A DNA stretch of 51,241 nt from positions 1 to 51,241 of IMG/VR virus record IMGVR_UViG_3300037474_000080; one strand, 5' to 3'. The DNA comes from a virus (lineage: Duplodnaviria; Caudoviricetes). Numbering within the stretch: the first letter of the stretch is position 1; every line of letters starts with the position of its first letter. The notes under the pieces were generated by a model. It searched no databases, was not told where the DNA came from, and worked only from the letters and a program-made list of their open reading frames with translations. Positions 46,296 to 51,241 of this stretch are shown one piece after another. A program made the position numbers and the translations under genes.

Positions 46296-46736
46296 ATGAT
46301 TAAAAATAATAAGCTTGAGCCAATCAAGTGGATACGTGTGCCAATCATCTGCACGATTGGAGCCGCAAAGAAACACGAAACCTTTGACGATGTACCTATC
46401 TTGGAGTGGCGAACCATTCGAGAGATAAAAGGTGCGCGACCTTTCGATCAATATTGCGGTGCGCCAGTCGAAGGCAATTCAATGATCGGCGACAATATAC
46501 AGCACAACGATTTCGCAATCTTTCGCACCACGTTTGATATATGGGAAGTCACCCCAGGCCAGTTATGCGCGGTGTGGACACCACAAGGACTGCTGATAAA
46601 GAGAGTTTACATAACTCTGAATGATGAGATCAGGCTGGCATCATCAAATCCTGAGTTCTGCGATTTGGTTTTCAGCGTTGAAGATGTGTCAATACAGGGA
46701 ATCATCGTAAGAATCGAAAGAGATTACCACCAGTAA
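46296..46736 (+). CDS. stand-alone LexA/S24 peptidase-domain protein
   Basis: RVPII, VEGNSM (Ser), LLIKRV (Lys), LASSNP, IQGII. Confidence 0.85.
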   Translation: MIKNNKLEPIKWIRVPIICTIGAAKKHETFDDVPILEWRTIREIKGARPFDQYCGAPVEGNSMIGDNIQHNDFAIFRTTFDIWEVTPGQLCAVWTPQGLLIKRVYITLNDEIRLASSNPEFCDLVFSVEDVSIQGIIVRIERDYHQ

Positions 46737-46777
46737 TATCAACGATAGAATTCAAATTAAAGGAAGGCTGAAACATT

Positions 46778-46897
46778 ATGGCAGATAAGCCGAAACCGCC
46801 ACCAAAGCCCACATCTCCGCCGCCATCAGACGGGGTTAGGGGACACCCATCATTACCCAAACCGATAGCAGAGCGACCTGGAGAAAAAATAAGGTAG
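46778..46897 (+). CDS. 39-aa proline-rich peptide
   Basis: AAAGGAAGG RBS; MADKPKPPPKPTSPPPSDGVRGHPSLPKPIAERPGEKIR. Confidence 0.4.
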   Translation: MADKPKPPPKPTSPPPSDGVRGHPSLPKPIAERPGEKIR

Positions 46898-47327
46898 CGA
46901 CGATGTTCGCCAGATGTGCTTTTAGGTTTACCAGGCGAAGGTTTTTGTTAAACATATTGCCTTGCCAGTAAATCATATCTTTTTTGAATTCCCATTCATC
47001 TTCGTGAAGATAGTCATTGAAAAGCTTTGCTGGATTAAGGATTTCAAACTTGCCGAAGCCTCTGGCAATAGAGCCAATCGCTATGGCTAGGATGAAGCAA
47101 GCCGCCGCGCAATAGAATAGCTTTGAATGAAGATTTACCTGTTGGCCTTTAAGGGCTACTGAATAACCGGCAGTAATCGTAACACCTGCCGTAAGTATCC
47201 ATTGAAGCCGGCCTTCAACCGCTTCGAGTCTTTTTAATAAAGACTCTGAGGATTTAAGAGAGAGATCGTAGGCGATGCTTACTGAAGGATACTCTTCAAT
47301 TAATTTTTTAATAACTGTTTCTTTCAT
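46836..47327 (-). CDS. three-TM membrane protein (moron-like)
   Basis: three hydrophobic segments; GAGG RBS before MKETV. Confidence 0.7.
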   Translation of the reverse strand: MKETVIKKLIEEYPSVSIAYDLSLKSSESLLKRLEAVEGRLQWILTAGVTITAGYSVALKGQQVNLHSKLFYCAAACFILAIAIGSIARGFGKFEILNPAKLFNDYLHEDEWEFKKDMIYWQGNMFNKNLRLVNLKAHLANIVATLFFLQVALLSVWVMMGVP

Positions 47328-47378
47328 CGTCGTCTCACCTCTGAGGGGATTTAAACACCGAATCATTAATAAATCAAT

Positions 47379-48617
47379 ATGGCTATCAAGAAATATAAAA
47401 CCAAAGACGGCAGATGGAATTGGAAATATGACATCGGCGTTGGTAAGCATGACGTTGATTATAGAAGACTGCGAGAAAGCGGCTTTCAGAGTGCCGAAGA
47501 ATGCCGGGATGCTGTCGCCGCTATCAAAAGCGATTTCAAGCGAGGCAAGTATAAATTCAAATCCGACCAGGTGGACATCACAATTCTTGACCTGAAAAAA
47601 GCTCTATTGAAAAAGCTCGAAGGATTACAGCGCAGCAAATCAACGATCAATCAATACACTCGCGTTCTTGATGGCTTTGCGGAGCTATACCCGAACCTGC
47701 GAATTGAAGGCATAACCAGCGAGCATGTAGATAACTATTACGCCCATCGCCTGAACCAACCTACCGTAAGCGCCAACACTGCTGTTGATGATCTGCTGTT
47801 TCTTATGTCCTCGTTAAGGCGAGTAAGAGAACTATTCCCCCTGCTCAAAGACTGGAATCCACCCAGGCACGAGCCGGTTAAAAAAGTAAACGCCTATCGT
47901 GAGCGCGTCATTACCAAAGAGGAGGAGCAGAAAATTATCGCTGCCCTGCACGACCCGGACTGGTACGCCAACGATGACACACAGAGAAAGGAACGCGAGG
48001 TCGTTGCATTCGTCTTCTGGATGGCACTCAGGACGGGTATGAGAATAGGTGAAATCTTAGGGCTTAAGAAATCCGCTATCAGCTTCAACAAGGCACCAGG
48101 CGCGCCGAATGGCTGGATAACCGTCAAAGCGTCTCACACCAACGAGAAGACAAAAAACAGAAAGCATCGCATCGTCAAGATGACACAGAATGTTGCGACG
48201 GCCTTAAAAGCCAGAGTCGATGTTGCCAGCGATTATGTTTTTGAGAGCTACCGGAAACAGGGCTTTCCCTCGCACTGGATACTGAGAAGTTTTGCAAAAG
48301 CGTGTAATAGAGCGAAGATTCCGTACGGGCAGGAGACGGACGGCGGCATAGTCTTTCACGACACGCGACACACGGCAGCAACCCGTATGGCAATGTCAGG
48401 AACCGACATTAAGACTATCGGCAAAACTTTAGGGCATGGCGATGCCTATATCACACTTAGGTACCTGCACAGTACAAACGAATCTGAACTCGCCGGAATG
48501 CAGTCGCTTGACGATGGCGCTTTTAGTGTCCAAAATGTGTCCAATTCTGGTACGTATAAGACAGAATTGGACAACACTGTACGTAAAGAGGAATTGCTGA
48601 AAACCGTCAAAAAATGA
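47379..48617 (+). CDS. int: tyrosine integrase
   Basis: arm-binding N-terminus; TGMRIGE (R), KTKN (K), FHDTRH (HxxR), LGH, LRY (Y). Confidence 0.95.
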   Translation: MAIKKYKTKDGRWNWKYDIGVGKHDVDYRRLRESGFQSAEECRDAVAAIKSDFKRGKYKFKSDQVDITILDLKKALLKKLEGLQRSKSTINQYTRVLDGFAELYPNLRIEGITSEHVDNYYAHRLNQPTVSANTAVDDLLFLMSSLRRVRELFPLLKDWNPPRHEPVKKVNAYRERVITKEEEQKIIAALHDPDWYANDDTQRKEREVVAFVFWMALRTGMRIGEILGLKKSAISFNKAPGAPNGWITVKASHTNEKTKNRKHRIVKMTQNVATALKARVDVASDYVFESYRKQGFPSHWILRSFAKACNRAKIPYGQETDGGIVFHDTRHTAATRMAMSGTDIKTIGKTLGHGDAYITLRYLHSTNESELAGMQSLDDGAFSVQNVSNSGTYKTELDNTVRKEELLKTVKK

Positions 48618-48760
48618 ATAAAAACAAAGAATTACCCCGCCAATTCAGCCTTTTACAAGCTACCGCCTTAAATATGAGCAACATATCAAGCGTGGTTATT
48701 AAATACTGAAAACAATGTAGTTAATATGCGAAACTGATTTGGTGTCCAAAAAACGTCCAA
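48526..48760. other. attP-like region with arm-type repeats
   Basis: GTGTCCAA at 48526, 48537, 48742; ACGTCCAA at 48753; inverted TTGGACA at 48567; AT-rich centre. Confidence 0.7.
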
Positions 48761-48805
48761 CACTTCATGTTCTAAGCCTAAAATCAGCCCTCGAAAAAAT
48801 AGTTC

Positions 48806-48835
48806 TTGACTTTGAAATAGCGTTTGAATTACTGT
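48806..48835 (+). promoter_or_regulatory. promoter of the rightward early operon
   Basis: TTGACT-18 nt-TACTGT followed by a structured ~105-nt leader. Confidence 0.55.
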
Positions 48836-48945
48836 GACCTTGCGAAGACTTACCGTGAGCTTGCAGATTGAGCAAGCTCCTCGAATTGCAATCCACGCCT
48901 ATAACTTTTCTGCGTCAGAGCTAACGCGTTCCAAAGGGAACCGCG

Positions 48946-49350
48946 ATGAAAGCTTTATCTATTCGTCAACCTTGGGCATGGGCAATACTCCACGCTGGCA
49001 AGGATATTGAAAACCGCGACTGGCCTACCCGCTTCACTGGCACGATTGCCATACACGCCGCCAAAGGCTTAACCAAAGACGAACACTTGTTGGCTTCTAT
49101 GCAGATAGAAGAAATCACCGGATTAAGACCGTCTGCTTTTCCAATGCTGAAAGAGCGCGGCTTTATCGTCGGCGTTGCTGACATCGTTGGATGCGTCAAG
49201 GATAGCAATTCAGATTGGTTCTACGGTGAATATGGATTTCTACTCGAAAGGGTTGCTGTCCTTCCTTCGCCTATCTATTGCAAGGGCGCACTTGGATTCT
49301 GGGAAGTTCCCGCCGATATTGAACGCCAAATCAAGGAGCAGTTGCAATGA
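48946..49350 (+). CDS. ASCH-domain protein
   Basis: MKALSIRQPWAWAI..GKDIENR.W......IAIHA...KGALGFW. Confidence 0.92.
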   Translation: MKALSIRQPWAWAILHAGKDIENRDWPTRFTGTIAIHAAKGLTKDEHLLASMQIEEITGLRPSAFPMLKERGFIVGVADIVGCVKDSNSDWFYGEYGFLLERVAVLPSPIYCKGALGFWEVPADIERQIKEQLQ

Positions 49351-49598
49351 ACGCGCCCTGCCCAAAATGCAAATCAGTCTTTGTGCGATACGAGAACCGG
49401 CGACCGCTTTCCCTGGTGCCTCGGCTCGACGTGCAGGAAGCCTTCTGCCTGATGTGCTATAGGGCAAGACCCGAATTGAACAATGTGATTGTAGTGGTGC
49501 GCGAACATCGCCTGGATACCAACCACGCGCAAAGTTTATGCGCAGAAGAAACGCCGGTTGAATTATTAATGAAATCATTTGAGGCAAATCGAAAATGA
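49347..49598 (+). CDS. small Zn-ribbon protein
   Basis: CPKC...CLMC; ATGA overlap. Confidence 0.65.
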   Translation: MNAPCPKCKSVFVRYENRRPLSLVPRLDVQEAFCLMCYRARPELNNVIVVVREHRLDTNHAQSLCAEETPVELLMKSFEANRK

Positions 49599-49747
49599 GT
49601 GATAGACAGCAGCAGGAAGACCGCATCAACGCCCAGCTTCAGCAACGCCTGCAAGAGAAGTTGGCAAGCGTGAAGATGATAGAAGGCAAGCTTGTTTTGC
49701 CAGATGAGCCGAAGAAACCAGAGAGCAGCGAAAAGGAGTGTTAATTG

Positions 49748-50032
49748 ATGAAACACGAAGACTTGAAACCTTGCGCCTTTTGCAAGAAAGGAATGATGCA
49801 CAACGGAACGCCACTTTTCTACAGATTAAATATTCAAAGATATTGCGTTGATATGCGCGCTGTTCAGAGGCAGGCAGGACTTGAACAAATGATGGGTAAT
49901 CACATTCTTGCTCACGTTATGGGTCCCAACGAAGACTTGGCAAAACCACTTGGCGAAAAGTTTGATTTGCTTATCTGCCAAGACTGCGCCATAGAACCGC
50001 AAATGATTGCAATGCTTACAGAAAAGGAATAA
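49748..50032 (+). CDS. Zn-finger hypothetical protein
   Basis: CAFC...ICQDC; AAGGAG RBS. Confidence 0.7.
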   Translation: MKHEDLKPCAFCKKGMMHNGTPLFYRLNIQRYCVDMRAVQRQAGLEQMMGNHILAHVMGPNEDLAKPLGEKFDLLICQDCAIEPQMIAMLTEKE

Positions 50033-50037
50033 TCAAA

Positions 50038-50589
50038 ATGAAAAACGAAACAGATTGGAAAGACTTTATGAACTCACTTGACCAAGTTTGTCCCGATTGG
50101 TCGCATCAAATTGTCAGCATCAAGCAGATAGGTGACTTAGTGGCTGTCACGGCATCCGTGGTGGTCGCTGGCGTCACCCGTCAAGGCATCGGCACAGGTT
50201 CGGCCTATGACGAATCCGGCATCAAGAATGCTGAGTATAACGCATTGCAACGCGCCGCTGTGAAATTCAGTGTAGCGCGTGAACTGCTCGAAAGTTCAGG
50301 TGAAGTTATCGAAATGCCTGAACCGCAGAAAGCGTTTTCCGGTAACCCAATGGCCAGGACAATGGCCGAACTTGTCACCCCGCGCCAGTTAGTAGCGATT
50401 CGCGCCATTAGCAATGGGCAAAGGCTCGACCCTGAAGATGAATGCCATGCTCTATTCGGCGAGAGGGCACCCGGTCAGAGAATCAAGCCAGAGGAATTGA
50501 GCCGCAAAGCCGCAAGCGCATTTATTGACTATCTCAAGATAGGCGGTTCAGCTGCGCAATCTACCACAGGGGAAGCTGCGACGGCATAA
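50038..50589 (+). CDS. Rad52/Rad22 (Sak)-like protein
   Basis: LD...PDWS..I......V.V.A.V...GVTRQG.G.......IK.AE..AL.RAAVKF.VAR.L. Confidence 0.75.
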   Translation: MKNETDWKDFMNSLDQVCPDWSHQIVSIKQIGDLVAVTASVVVAGVTRQGIGTGSAYDESGIKNAEYNALQRAAVKFSVARELLESSGEVIEMPEPQKAFSGNPMARTMAELVTPRQLVAIRAISNGQRLDPEDECHALFGERAPGQRIKPEELSRKAASAFIDYLKIGGSAAQSTTGEAATA

Positions 50590-50600
50590 GGAAGGTGAGC

Positions 50601-50751
50601 GATGAGCAAAGAGACAAACGAACTTATTAACGCAATGGATGTGCTATCTGAGTCGATTTTATCAATGACGGACGATGAAGTAATACAGGAAGTGATCGAG
50701 AACGGCGAAGATCCCGAACAGACAGCGGAACAGGTTAAGGGCGTTCTTTGA
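50601..50751 (+). CDS. 49-aa acidic peptide (coordinates +/-1)
   Basis: AAGGTG RBS; MSKETNELINAMDVLSESILSMTDDEVIQEVIENGEDPE... Confidence 0.5.
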
Positions 50752-50824
50752 GGCTAATCAATAGCCACCCGCGAAGATTCGGCGCGATGCCGTGATGTGC
50801 ATTTAGATGTGATGTGAAGGGGGA

Positions 50825-51136
50825 ATGATGAAACGAATAACCACACGAACCAAGCACTTCTGCGACTACTGCCACAAAGCCATTGCGCCTAAAAGTGAAG
50901 CATGTAAAGAGCGAAAGGTCTACGCCTTTGACGCTGATGGCGATAAACTTGTCTGCGCTCAGACTTCCTACTATCACCCGAAATGCGTCTATAAGATGAA
51001 TCAGCGTCAATCACGATTCGCACGCTTCAAAATCAACTGCCAGCATCCAAAGAAGTTTCAAGATACTGAATATGATTATAGCTTGCCAGGTTCAATTAAT
51101 GGCGATAGGTGCGGATTGTGTTTTGTACTGCATTAA
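50825..51136 (+). CDS. Zn-finger hypothetical protein
   Basis: HFCDYC...YHPKC, C.H...CGLC. Confidence 0.65.
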   Translation: MMKRITTRTKHFCDYCHKAIAPKSEACKERKVYAFDADGDKLVCAQTSYYHPKCVYKMNQRQSRFARFKINCQHPKKFQDTEYDYSLPGSINGDRCGLCFVLH

Positions 51137-51142
51137 ATAAAA

Positions 51143-51170
51143 TTAGCCGCAAGAATCACCCCTGCGGCTA
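51143..51170. terminator. hairpin between convergent early and late operons
   Basis: TAGCCGCA/TGCGGCTA stem with an adjacent A-run. Confidence 0.5.
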
Positions 51171-51241
51171 CCTCAAATCAGATTGCGAAAAGTTGCATTA
51201 CTCTTCTTCTGGCACCTGCTCAAGAATCGAATCAATTACAC

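Noticed and set aside
46248-46296. Read-through fusion of RHH and S24 into one CI-like repressor
   Set aside because: Same frame but three stop codons (TAA, TAG, TAG) intervene
1-51241. CRISPR array, DGR, retron or IS element
   Set aside because: No regularly spaced repeats, reverse transcriptase, transposase or template/variable repeat pair was seen by eye; a self dot-plot would be needed to exclude subtle repeats

Overview
The window is a temperate tailed (siphovirus-like) phage genome, probably complete and circularly permuted: a minus-strand ORF cut at base 1 continues in frame from base 51241, and the attP-like site after the integrase looks intact. The minus strand carries, from right to left, an early/replication operon (about 45800-34400), packaging and head genes (terS, terL, portal, S49 protease, decoration, capsid), neck/fibre and tail genes, and a lysis-region cassette. 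The plus strand carries a repressor-like gene, an S24 peptidase, a tyrosine integrase, a second early operon and several inserted moron genes. Main findings: (1) an A-AAT-TTA -1 frameshift with a downstream hairpin that would add an SGNH esterase to a virion fibre; (2) a +1/-2 rather than -1 tail-chaperone frameshift; (3) a 24-nt repeat oriented so that one early transcript can pair in trans with the 5' end of the other; (4) a genetic switch built from two paralogous ribbon-helix-helix proteins; (5) a second three-operator switch with a probably inactive S24 protein inside the tail operon; (6) a complete receiver-domain gene with an apparent ATC start beside the lysin; (7) two structured ncRNA candidates; (8) a repeated leaderless-promoter design on three morons. 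All product calls come from motif recognition and gene order; no database searches were run.
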